A DNA stretch of 64,000 bases from the NCBI GenBank assembly GCA_951406725.2, contig OX597815.1, forward strand, positions 84,258,001 through 84,322,000, in the 5' to 3' direction. Under the pieces are notes generated by a model. That model searched no databases and was not told the origin of the DNA. It saw only the letters and a list, made by a program, of their open reading frames with translations. The position numbers and the translations under genes are program-made. The stretch is from Octopus vulgaris (taxonomy: Eukaryota). Of the stretch, positions 13,104-25,020 are shown in pieces. Numbering within the stretch: the stretch's first letter is position 1; each line of letters starts with the position of its first letter.

Positions 13104-14029
13104 TAATTATATGTATGTATGTGTGTGTATATGTGTCTGTATCTGTGTATATGTATGTATTCATCGTCAACGAAGTTTTCCCAGTCAACAAATTTTTTTC
13201 GTCACCAATATGTCGTCGCCAGAGTAGCATTTACACTACAAATATTGTCGTTACCAATATTGCGGGTATGAACCCTCATAATCGTTTTCATCATCACCAT
13301 CTTTATGGAAGCTATTACTGGCATTGTTGTTGCTGTCATACTCAACATCATCACCATGGCAACAATAAGGATGACGCCGAAAATAATACTGAGCTTGACA
13401 ATAGTTAGTATCGTGATAATCATACTAACGATGATGATAATAGCGGTGGTGGCAGTAGGAGAAATCATGATGAGAATGTTGGTGTTGGTGCTGGTGGTCG
13501 GGGGCGGCGGCGGTAGGGATGACTAATTTTATTTTGATAATGATCGTGAATTGGATGATACTGAATAAGTTGATAGAAATGGAAATCTTGCTAATGATCA
13601 AGCAAATTTGAAACCGAGGAAATTTATAACTACTATTATATTATTTTGACGGTGGGGATGGCGGCGGCGGCGGCGTTGGTGGTGGCGGCAACGGTGGTTA
13701 TGGTGATGGCGGTGTGGTGGTGGAAGTTGTGGCGTTGGTTGAAATGTGAATACTAATCATTATCATCATAATGATGATGCAGCCAACATGCCAATTAAAA
13801 TGTCACACATTCCAATATAATTATTGTATTTCTGCTTTTTTTGATGACGTCATATTTATTATGTATTTGAGAGTTTCTTTTCATTTTAAATTTGTGTTTG
13901 TATTTTTCTTAATAGAGTTTTAGTTAAATCTTCACTGATTTTTTTGTTTTACATTTGACAATATACACTTCTCCTACTACAACTTTCTCAACATAGACAT
14001 GAATTTCAAACAACTACCCTAGGGGACGT

Positions 14030-14374
14030 AGTAGTAGTAGTGGTGGTGGTGGTGGTAGTAATAGTAGTTGTAGTAGTAGTATTAGTAGTAGTAGTAGTAG
14101 TAGTAGTGGTTGTGGTGGTGGTAGTAGAGTAGTAGTAGTAGTAGTAGTAGTAGCTGCAGCAGTGGTAACAGCAGCGTAGTAGTAGTTGTGGTAGTAGGAG
14201 GAAGTAGAGAAGGCGGGAGTATCGGCGGCGGCAACAGTAGCTGCAGTAGGAGTACTAGCACTGATAGTAGTAGTAATAGTAGTGATGGAGGTGGTGGTGG
14301 TTGTAGTAGTGAGGGAAGTAGTATCGTACAAGTAGTAGTAGCTGCGATGGTAGTAGTATAGTACAAGCAGCAGC

Positions 14375-14440
<66 letters not shown>

Positions 14441-14516
14441 TGTAGTAACATCAGTAGCAGCAGCAGGGAAGGCAGTAGTAGCAGTAGCTGCGATAGCGGT
14501 AGCAGTAATATAACAC

Positions 14517-14552
<36 letters not shown>

Positions 14553-15470
14553 GTAGGATGGTAGCAACAGCAGCAGCGGCGGCGGCAGTTGTGATAGCCG
14601 CTGCTATAGTGGCACGGTTTACGGTGATGTTCAAGACGATGGAATCGGCGGCGGTGAGAAGTGGATGATGAAAAGCTGCCGGCTTTCGTGGGGAGGAGTA
14701 ATACGACGTGATTGTTAACAATTTAACAACAACGACAACAACAACGGTGACTATTATAACAAAAACAACTGCTGCTGCTGCTACTACAGCATTAATAAAA
14801 CAAAGGAGTTAACGACGATTACGACGACCACGAACACGAACACACGTCGATAGTGATGAGGAGGAGGAGGAGGAGGAGGAGGAGGAGGAGGAGGAGGAGG
14901 AGGAGAGGAGGAGGAGGAGGAGGAGGAGGAGGAGGAGGAGGAGAGGGTGAAGGAAGAGGGAAGAGAAGGGGACGCTTAGCAGGATGAGAATGAGGAGGAG
15001 GGAGAGGAGGAGGAGCAGGAGGAGAGGGAGGATGGCGACGACGACGACGACGGCGACTGTGGTGGCAGCAGAGGCGGCGGTGGCGGTGATGGTGCATGGT
15101 GGTAGTGATGTGCGGCGACGTTGGAAGTGCTGGTGATAATAACATTGATGGTGATGCTGAGAACGGTGAAGATGACAAGGGGGTGGGGGTAGAAAGGAGG
15201 ACGGGGAAGAGGATGGTAGGGGAGAGGAGGTGGAGGAAATAGGAGAGTGTGGGGGTGGATGGGAGACAGCGACGGAAGCGGCTTTAGAAATGGCGGTGGA
15301 GGTTGGACGTGGTGATAATGGCATTGATGACGAGAACGATGATGATGCCACTACTGCTACTACAGCTGCCTCCTTTGATGCTGCTGCTGCTGCTGCTGGT
15401 GATGACGATGATGATGACAATGATGATCGAAGTGGTGCTGGCGATGGTGATGGTGGTAGTGGTATTTGGT
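14030..15470. repeat. Trinucleotide low-complexity block, (GTA)n/(GGA)n/(GAT)n
   Basis: Direct reading. Confidence 0.95.
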
Positions 15471-15754
15471 TTCATTATTGGTTGTAATACTTGCAGCAAA
15501 GATGGTGATGATGGATGTTTTGGTGGGCCGTTGATTTGGTGATAGACTTAGCTCCCCTGATCAAGGACACCAGTTTTCTTTATAATTTGATTTGCCCATG
15601 ACATGCGATGTCTATGTCCATTGCAACTGACCCTAAACGAACATATAAGTTTTGTTTGCCATGTCAAAGTGAAATTGTACAGTTTCGGGTTCATTTGCGG
15701 TGAGTAGGAAAAACGTGGACAAGGAAATGCATGACGTGCGTAATGCTATATATA

Positions 15755-16749
15755 TATAACCTTAGATAAACTTAGATATGTTTCGACCAAAGATTAGTCC
15801 AGGCCATGTCTAACTTAATAGCACTACCTGATAGGATTATCTAAATCCTGTTTAAGTCAAGTTTTGTTTATGGTCCATTCAAGTAGTGAGTTCTTATTGA
15901 GTGAGTTGTATCCAGGCATCGGTGGCTTATCCGGTATTCCTTGAAGAAATCTGTCCAGACTCCGTTTAAAGTTGATGGATCCTTTTCCTCTTTGATCACT
16001 TTCGGGACAATGTTAAAGAGGGCAGGGTCTGTTTAGGAGAAGAAATTATGTTGCAGTGTACCTATATGCTGTGATCCTGAAGTGGGCAGGGGACGTATGG
16101 CCCATCGTCCCAGTCTTGGATGAACCTTGAAACTAATGCTCAGGTCGTTTGGGCAAAGTTGGCGGTATATTCTCCATATCGTACAAATGAAGTACCGCTC
16201 GCGGTGGCGCTGGAGAGAGTAGAGTTTCAAGGCTTTAAGGCGGTCTCAATCATCGAGAGCAGTCATGCCTTCAATTCGTTTAGTGAGTGCCCTCTGGGGT
16301 GATTCAATCCTCGAGATGTTTTGTCTTGTATGGGGAGACTACAGTGGGCAGCAGTATTCGAGGTGTGGCCGTACAAAGGAGGAGATATGTGGTATGATGA
16401 CACCTTGTTCTCTGGACCGAAAGGTTCTTAAAATCCAGGAGCCCATTCTACGAGCTATATCGACCTTATTGTTGATGTGGGCACTCCAACTGAGATTGTC
16501 ATCAACAATTACACCCAGGTCTCTGATATTGTTAGAGACTGTGAGCGGTTCCCCTGAAGGAAGAGAGTATGGCTGTTTTAATGTGGACTTTCTTCTAAAA
16601 TGCATCAGCTCAAATTTTCCTTCGTTCAGTAGCATTTTGTTTTTGTCTGCCCATTGATTCACAGCATATAGATCAGACTGAAGTTGAGTTCGGTCTTCTT
16701 CTTTATTGATGATTTGCTGGACCTTAGTGTCATCAGCAAATATTTTCAC
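15755..16749 (-). mobile_element. 5'-truncated CR1-clade LINE (RT C-terminus and 3' tail)
   Basis: ORF 16339-16749 KIFADDTK...LQSDL...QW...RDLGVIVDDNLSWSAHI...VRPHLEYC, continuing KLYSLQRHRER; 3' end with repeated TATCTAAG into (TA)n. Confidence 0.85.
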
Positions 16750-16813
16750 AGAAAAAAAAAAGACGAAGATAGGTGAAGGAGCACCAAGCAGGTGTTAGTT
16801 TGACGCGAACATT

Positions 16814-16862
16814 TCAGTCTGATGAGTTGCCTTTATAAACGCGAAACCAAGGGTCACTCTGA
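16814..16862 (+). ncRNA. Hammerhead motif with canonical core in a short repeat
   Basis: TCAGT-CTGATGA-GTTGCCTTTATAAACGC-GAAA-CC aag G-GTC-ACTCTGA; stems I and III pair, stem II weak. Confidence 0.5.
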
Positions 16863-17014
16863 CTGGCCATAGCAGACAACCTTCTAAGTATTACAACTCT
16901 AATTTTTACAGTGTGCTTACTTTTCGGACATATGATCTGCTGTTCGATTTATATTATATATGAGCGTGTGCGTGTGCGTCTGTGTTTATGTATGTATGTA
17001 TTTAAGTATGTATG

Positions 17015-17045
<31 letters not shown>

Positions 17046-17074
17046 CTTTATCTGCTTATTTTAGTCTTTGGCCA

Positions 17075-17230
17075 CAGTCCATACACACCCCTTTCTTTCA
17101 GTTTCCATCAACCAAATCTACAGAGAAGACGTTGGTCTTGTTACCGCATTTTTGGTAGAAGACTCTTGTCCAAGGCGGCACACACTGACTCCGATCCTGG
17201 AGCAATCTGGTCAGAAAGCAAATTTCTTAT
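17075..17230 (-). mobile_element. SINE family C, degenerate
   Basis: CTTTCAGTTTCCATCAACCAAATCTAC...GTAGAAGACTCTTGTCCAAGG resembles the reverse complement of 24510-24615. Confidence 0.55.
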
Positions 17231-17363
17231 CACGCGTGAGCCTGTATATTGCACACGCACACATACACACACGCATATGTACATATAGGCGCAACCACAC
17301 GGTTTCGGGTTTAGTGCAATTGCGTATATTTTCCATATATATCAACTCGCGTGTTACTTTTCA

Positions 17364-17401
<38 letters not shown>

Positions 17402-17444
17402 CATTTCTAAGTCTCTCTAAAGGAGACTATGGCAGCGGTACTGG

Positions 17445-17629
17445 ATATTGATATCTATCGCCAAGCTAACATGGTAGTCCTGTGTCCATTATAACTTTCG
17501 AAAGTGATGATAGACACAGGTTCGTGTGTCACATCGCTAGCTAGAGGCAATGGCTTCTTGGAGCTAATCAACGGCATCACTCGTCCTGTTTTTCTGAACT
17601 GCCATATTAGCTTGGCGATAACTATTAAT

Positions 17630-17631
<2 letters not shown>
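17445..17631. repeat. MITE-like element, ~34-bp terminal inverted repeats
   Basis: ATATTGATATCTATCGCCAAGCTAACATGGTAGT vs ACTGCCATATTAGCTTGGCGATAACTATTAATAT; internal hairpin 17479-17520. Confidence 0.65.
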
Positions 17632-17689
<58 letters not shown>

Positions 17690-18246
17690 ATGGATTCATA
17701 AATAAATGCCGATATTTTGAAAAACACCTTGTGGAATACAGGAAAATGATAGCACCTCATGATTAAACAGACCAACAGTTAACGAGTATCATCTTTCTAC
17801 ATATCAATAGATTTTATTTATTCTCTATTTATCCCATTCTGTTTTACCCATTAACTGAATTTCTCGAACTTATTATTCCCTTGCTAACTTCCTTATATAG
17901 TTACAAGAATTCCATTTTTATTCGGTTTGAATTTAGTCGCTTTATTTTTTTCTTGTGTTATTTTCATGATGTAATACTTTATATCCTGAGGGCAATACCT
18001 CACAGACGTTTCTCCAGAATCAAAATGTGGTTTGGAAGCTTTCTTTTTCTTCATATATATTCTGCGGCTTGAAATTTGAAGTAACAATATATCATATTTA
18101 TGGGACTGTCGCACATTCCAAAGCACACACACACACACATACACATCTGTATTTTGTATATAGTTCATAGATGAGACCCAAATGTTCTCCGTATAGAATA
18201 CACTTAGTGATACACAAGAGATTTAAACTTGAGTGGGTATAGAGGC

Positions 18247-18464
18247 AAATGTAGGGATAAGCAAGTTAGACAGATCAATATAGAAAGTATATTAAATACA
18301 TGAATTTTTTTTTATGTATGTTTATATACAAATTGGTCTGACTTACACTTTGTATTTTGCGTAAGTCGGATCTTTTCGTATGTAAACATATAAATACTTT
18401 TTGTATTCCATGTATTTAATATACTTTATATACTGATCTGTCTAACTTGCTTGTCCCTACATTT
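18247..18464. repeat. Fold-back inverted repeat, ~100-bp arms
   Basis: AAATGTAGGGATAAGCAAGTTAGACAGATCA...CTGACTTAC / GTAAGTCGG...TGATCTGTCTAACTTGCTTGTCCCTACATTT; 14-nt loop. Confidence 0.85.
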
Positions 18465-18692
18465 ACATCTGTATTTTGCATGTGCATATTATGGCACCAC
18501 AGCAAAACTGTAAATGTGCGTTAGAATTCTACTACGTCCAATATGCGTCTCACACATGGAAATAAACGGAATTACAGACGATATTGTTATTCATCAGTTC
18601 TACACCAAACTTATTCACGCTGAACTAGTATGAATGGCATTCCACTAGAAACATCCCTTCATTATTCAGTGTGCCCTTTAAGTCTACGACGT

Positions 18693-18840
18693 GGCGCAAT
18701 CGTTAGCAAGCCGAGCAGAAATGATTAGCGGAAGTTCTTTTGACATTACGTTCTTAGTTCAAATTCTGCCGAGGTCAACGTTGCTTTTCATCTTTTGGGA
18801 GTCAATAAATTATCTGTCGATGTAATTGACTAGACTCCAC
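18693..18840 (+). mobile_element. SINE family A, degenerate
   Basis: TTACGTTCTTAGTTCAAATTCTGCCGAGGTCAACGTTGCTTTTCATC. Confidence 0.7.
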
Positions 18841-19829
18841 CCATACTAAGAACTATTTATTGTGTCCGCTTTTCTAAAACGGTACGGGATGATTTTAATG
18901 ATTTTTTTAAACATGAAGGGGTTATCCAGTGGACAGCAAATTGGATTGACGGCATCAGAATGGGAATGATAAAGATGAAAATAGCAGATAAATTGTTAAT
19001 ATCAGAATGGTGTTGATGATGATGTTGGCATATCGAGGTGTTTGTAACTTTGATTTTTATTGACAATTATTATGATTCTATACTGATGCTGACCTCGGAA
19101 TGTTTTGACAGAGTTGCTTATTTTAGCGGTAGTAGGGGCGGTACGAATATTTGGAATGTAGATTCGTATTTATAATCGTTCTTTAGTTCAAAATCCTTTC
19201 CATTGTTTCACCGTGGTTCGGTGCAGGTCCCTTTATAATACACTGCCTTAGTTGCCTGTGGAGTAATAAGTGTTGCAAGATTATATGAAAATTATTTGCC
19301 TGATAATGGAACTTTACATCACATCCATTTACCGACAGTTTTGTATTTCTTGATTGAATATAAAGTCAGCTCTAAACTAGTGTTTGCAAATTGTCGTGCT
19401 GTATTAATGCCTTCATGTTTGTAGACAGTGTACACATAATATTCATTATCGTTGCGCTCTTCATGTTTTAATACAGAAGAATGTGATTTGAAACCGATTT
19501 AACTTTGATTTTTGAAGGATTTCCAAACAAGTAAGAGCTACTTCAGTGGGTCATGTTGTTGGCATCTTAGGACAAAGAAGAATTTTTCCAAAAATATAAT
19601 GCATCAAATGAATAATAGCTTGAACAACCACCACCGATCATCGAACGATGCGGCGTTGCCAAGAGCAATGACTACAAGAGCCACAACAGCAACAAACTTA
19701 TGAATAATAATTACAAGATCAAATACAAAAAACATTATAAATAAATGGTTGATCTCTTCAAAAGTTCGTATTCAGATAAATTCTTTTGCAGACAACAATC
19801 CTTTTTTTTAAAATTCTAGTTCTAATGTG

Positions 19830-22390
19830 TGTGTTCCACTCTCCTTCTGACATCCTACTCATACTCCATGCTACTTCATGACGCCTTATGTGTGGCATCA
19901 TTCATTCTAATCTCTCCAAAATACACACCCTCGACCGCCTTCTCCATCTCGCTTATTCCACCTTTTCTCCTCTCTTTCACCTTCCTTTGCACATTCCAGA
20001 CTACGCTTCATAATCCATTTAAATGATATTTTCTACGACTTCCTCGCTCGCACTAAACAACATAAACTCCACTCACTCCTTCATTCTGTCCTACCCGATG
20101 CCACTACACCCGCTTCCCCGATAACTCCCCCCCTCATCCTCATCCCAATCCTTCCGTTACTCCAACATCTCCACGAACTGACTTCTCCTCTCCTCCCATC
20201 CTTCCACTACCCCCTCCCACGTCCATTGTTACGATTTCCCTTGATCTTCCCGTCTCTGAGACGGAACGCTCTCCTCTCAGTAAGAGTCTGCGCTTCATTT
20301 CCCTCACCCCATCCAGTAACGAATTTCAGAGGCTTGCTGATATTAATAGCTTTGTGCGCCGCGTGATGCTACATGCACTATTCCACAATACACCACCTGT
20401 ATATAATGAAGAGGCCTGCTTCACCGACCTGGGCCGCCAACTATCCCACTGGATGCCAGCTCCTGGCCAATTCCAAGCAGTCGATCATTTTGCAAGCATC
20501 TGCCAACGTGTTGTGGAACGGTTTAACTTACGCAGGCGTCCCCGATATTTCAACATCTCCCCGGCCGAATTATCGGCCCTTCGAAGTCTCCGTCGCCGCA
20601 AGGATATCATAAAAAAACCGACTAACAAGAGTGGAACCGTGGTGGTGTGGCGCGCAGAGCTCTAAAAGTCTGAAGCACTCCGCCAACTTCAGAACACCTA
20701 CTTCTATTGCCCTCTGCCCTCCAACCCCACGCCTAACTACCAACAGACTGTGTCCTCCACTATCCATGACCTCATCTCCTCCTCCTCCCCTCTCTCTCCC
20801 ACTGCCTCTAGCCTCACTGTCCACAGTTCACACAACCCACCATTTACTTCCTTCCCCAAATCCACAAGCTCAACAATCCTGGCCGCCCCATCGTCTCCGC
20901 CTGTAACTGCCCCACGGAATTGATCTCAAAATAGCTCGACCGTGACTTTGTCCCTACCTCATGGCTTCCCTCCCCTCCCACGTCCATGACACTAACCATG
21001 CTCTCCGTCTCTTCAACTCTTTCTCCTTACCTCCTGACCCCTCTAAAATACTCATCAATCTTGATACCAAGAGTCTATATACAGTGATCCCACACAACGA
21101 AGAATTGCTTGCACTCAAACACTTTCTAGACCTTCGACCCAACCCCCAACCTGACACCTCCACACTTCGTCTCGCCGAACTCGTTCTCTCCCTCAACAGC
21201 TTCTTGTTCGCGGGGGATTTTTCGCAATAGTTCTCAGGAGTGGCCATGGGAAGGAGAATAATGGACCCCAAGTATGCGAACCTGTTCGTTGGCTACGTTG
21301 AGGCTCAAATATTCTCATGATTCCCTTATTCCACCCCGGAACTATACGTTCGTTATATTGATGACTGTATCAGTGCAACCTTACTCTCCCGCGAACAACT
21401 AGACTCCTTGCTCTCCTTTGTCCAATCCTTCTATGCTGCCCTCGAACTCTCCTGCACTGTTTCCAATACCTCCGTCACATTTCTCGACATTTCGGTCAAC
21501 ATACATTGTTCCGCTCCCATTAAATCCGTCCACTAGAAACACGCCGAATCATACTCATACCTTAACTTCTCCTCCTCCTACCTTACCCACACTAAGCTCT
21601 CCAGCCCTACTCCAAATTCCTCCACCTGCGTAGGCTCTGAAGTGTCAACCATGAATTTGAGACTCAGTTTCAACTCATGGCTCGCCACTTCATCCTTCGT
21701 GGTTATCTCCTCACCACTATCCACACAGCCCTTGCCAGAGCATATTTCGTGGACCGTGCATCTGTTCTCTCTCCCCACACCTATCCTGCCGTTGACTTTC
21801 TTCCGTTTCCCCTCTCCTACCACCCTTCACCCTGCCCTTCCAATTCACGATTCTCCGGCGACTCCAGTCCGACCCCTCCACTTCGCACGTCTCCCCAACC
21901 TACCCCTTTCCTCCTTCAAACGAACCCACAACCTGCGTGACCTTCTGGTCCACAGTTTCTCCCTTAACCTCACCTCCCAAGCTGGCTCGTTCCTATGCTC
22001 ATGTCCACGCTACCGCTCTTGCCCCTACCTCCCCAGCACCACCATCCTCACAGGCATCCATCAGCGTCCCTATCATATAACCGACTACTTTACCTGCACT
22101 TTACGCTTTTTCTGCCCTTCTCAGTACATCGGCCAAACGGGACGCCACTTGGCTGACCGGTGCGCAGAACACCTCCGAGACAGCAGACTCCGCAATGACA
22201 CCCCAGTCTCGCACCATTTCCGCTCTACCGGTCATTCACTGCAAGGTCTATCTGTGTTCGGATTGTGTTTGCACAGGGGCCATCCGGGTCCCGTCTACGC
22301 CGTGAACAGGAATGAATCTTCTCTCTTCGCTCCATTTCGTCACATGCACTCAACTCATCTCCTTTCTTCATCTGACTCCCCTAATCTCCA
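19830..22390 (+). mobile_element. Decayed Penelope-like retroelement (RT + GIY-YIG endonuclease)
   Basis: Ordered PLE motifs across frameshifts: KPTNKSGTVVVW, PQIHK..PGRPIVS, LDTKSLYTVIPH, GVAMG..GP.YANLF, RYIDD (21354-21365), TFLDI, Cys-rich linker CSCPRYRSCPY, YIGQTGRHLADRCAEH; many stops. The 5' boundary is approximate. Confidence 0.9.
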
Positions 22391-22542
22391 CTCTTCCTCT
22401 GACACCTGCTTCCTCTCTTCAGTCGTACCCACACTCTGTCTTCATAGATACAACCTCCACCCACACCTACCCCACACATCCACCTCACATCCACATAGCC
22501 ATCCCACATCCACATCTCCACCACACCAACTAACATATCATA

Positions 22543-22621
<79 letters not shown>

Positions 22622-23504
22622 GCATACATATTTCTTGAAATTATGTTCATTTTTGTCGTTAACAGAAGTTTTTTTTTATTAATAGGAAATGTGCACACTC
22701 GCCATCTGACATTACGTGAAGATGTTTATTAAAATATCGAAACATTTTAGAGCTGGTCTTTTTCTTTTTCTTTTTTACAGAAACATATCGACACTAAGAC
22801 TTGTTGATCTCTCTTTCGTTTGCTTTATTGTCTGTAATTTTCATGATTTTTATCAAAAACTTATTTGCCTTACAAATCCAGAATATCTTTGATGTCAGGC
22901 GGTCAGACACGTGGTCTGTGGTTCTCCTAAACGTTGCTGGTTTATGACTAGAAAAACATTCCGTTAATTAGAAGTAAGCTTGCAGAGAATCTTATCAAAA
23001 TGGCTCAGATTCTCAATAGCGGAGAGGATCACAGAATTTCATTTCCTTCCATGGAATACAAGCTGAAATTGATTATCGATATCAAAACGAAGTTTAAAAA
23101 TTAATGTAATTCGAGATCACATTTAGGGTTTATTCGTCAACAAGAAAGAGAACAGCAAGTAAGTATGATTGTCTGGGAAATAAGTGGAGGCAACTGTGAT
23201 GAACAAGTCAATGTGCCTGGAAGGCACCAAGATGGACAGCATCAGATAATGTGGAGACTGACGTAGAATATAGTTTTGCAACGAAATTTACAATGAAGCG
23301 ATTAAATCCACAAGCATGTAACCTGTAAAAAATTATGCGTATGAAGAAAAATACATGAAGAAAATATGAATGTATATATAGCGAAGCGACTAAAAATATA
23401 AGATAGTTAAACTATTAAACGTAAAAGAAATTAGGAATAATGTCCATGAAAGAAGTGAAAGAAGGAATTTTACAAAGGTAAAAGGAATTCAGAATAATGT
23501 AAAG

Positions 23505-23583
23505 TCTACGACCGTTTCAGACGCCACTGTCACAATCCAAAGCACAATAAAACAACAAATCGGCAATGGACCCTTCATCATGA
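23505..23583 (-). ncRNA. Degenerate hammerhead-like motif
   Basis: Minus strand ATGATGA-AGGGTCCATTG...CAGTGGCGTCT-GAAACGGTCGTA; C3 mutated and stem I poor. Confidence 0.3.
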
Positions 23584-24026
23584 AAAAATCTCTTCATCAA
23601 AGAGGTTTCACATTCTGGTAATCTATCATTATTACAAGGAAAGAAGAAACATGTATATAGAGTGCGTACCAATTAAAAAAATTATGATAGTATCAGCAAG
23701 AATTAGTCTATAATTCATAATTTTTTACCGCTATCACACAGGTGGCTAGTATCTAGAAATTGTTTCAATCATTATCCTTTTTCAAAACCAGTCAGGCAAA
23801 CAAGTGGTCATCAAATAAACTAAATTTTATCCTTGTATATTTTCAGGAATGTAGAAAAAAATTTGATTGCAAAATGTGATTACATCAGAGAGTTTATTTA
23901 ATAGTTTTGGTCGATATGAGTTAAGAATAATATAGGACTCACTTATACACAACTTGCATTTATGGATATTTACATTAAAATGAGGGGCTGTGCATTTTAA
24001 TGTGAATTTTTTGTTTTTGATAAGCA

Positions 24027-24432
24027 GTGTCGATTTTACAAATCTGTAATTGATATTTTATAAGCTTAAAGCTTGTAAGCGATTACCGTGTGTTGACTAA
24101 AGTAAATAGTCTAGTATCGGGGCATATAAGTCATAGGCGAAAACTGTAGGGTTGTCCGTACGTGTAGAACTCCAACCCACACCTTTGTGCTACCGTTATG
24201 CACGGTGATCGTTTATAAGCTTTAAACTTATATTATTATTATTTATAGAATTGTAAAATCGACACCGTTTAAAAAAAATCATCGCAGATAACACACAGGT
24301 ATGTTTCTTTATAAAAACTACACTATGAAATTATAGTTCTTAAATCTGGCTACGGGTGAGCTGGTGTAACGGTAGCACACTTGTCGCCAAAACATAGAGG
24401 CGTGGGTTCGAGTCCAAGGCGTACAGACAGCC
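24027..24432. repeat. Interleaved inverted repeats A-B'-A'-B, with B tRNA-like
   Basis: A 24027-24090 inverts to 24201-24265; B' 24149-24198 inverts to 24367-24432, which has A-box (TGGTGTAACGG) and B-box (GGTTCGAGTCC) motifs. Confidence 0.75.
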
Positions 24433-24499
24433 TTGCGTTTTCTAACGAGGGCTTATATACTTTAATATTAGATTATTTACATATGGTGATCACTTATAA

Positions 24500-24875
24500 G
24501 CTCTAAACAAGGTTTCGGGTTCAGTCCAGCTACGTGGTCAAGTGTCTTCTACTATAGCCTCAGGTCGACCATAGCGTTGTGGGTGGATTTGTAGATTGAA
24601 ACTGAAAGAAATCCGTCTTATATATATATATGTATATATATGTGTGTTGATGCGTGTGTTTGTGTATGTGTGTTTTTGTGTGTGTGTATCTGTATTTGTC
24701 CACCAGTCATCGCTTGACAACCGATGCTGGTAAGTTTATGCCCTGTAACTTAGCAGTTCGGCAACAATACCGATAGAATAAGTACTAAGCTTACAAAGAA
24801 TAAGTCCTGGGGTTGATTTGTTCGACTAAAGGCGGTGCTCCAGCAGGGGCGCTGTCAAATGACTGAAACAAAAGA
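24500..24875 (+). mobile_element. SINE family C, with internal (TA)/(TG) microsatellite
   Basis: GGGTTCAGTCC...CAAGTGTCTTCTACTATAGCC...CGCTTGACAACCGATGCTGG...GGCGGTGCTCCAGCA...TGACTGAAACA; 3' half repeated at 56863-57088. Confidence 0.8.
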
Positions 24876-24931
24876 ATAATAGAAGAATATATTATATTAT
24901 TTATATATATATATTTCAATATGAGTATGTA

Positions 24932-25020
<89 letters not shown>

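Noticed and set aside
13070-15542. Long low-complexity ORFs (also 35447-36126, 39119-41057 and the YI/CV-repeat ORFs)
   Set aside because: Translations of tri- and dinucleotide microsatellites.
22781-23158. Exon between a strong acceptor and a GTAAGT donor
   Set aside because: Frames checked contain stops; no supporting evidence.
24352-24432. Functional tRNA gene
   Set aside because: A/B boxes present, but no convincing acceptor or anticodon stems.
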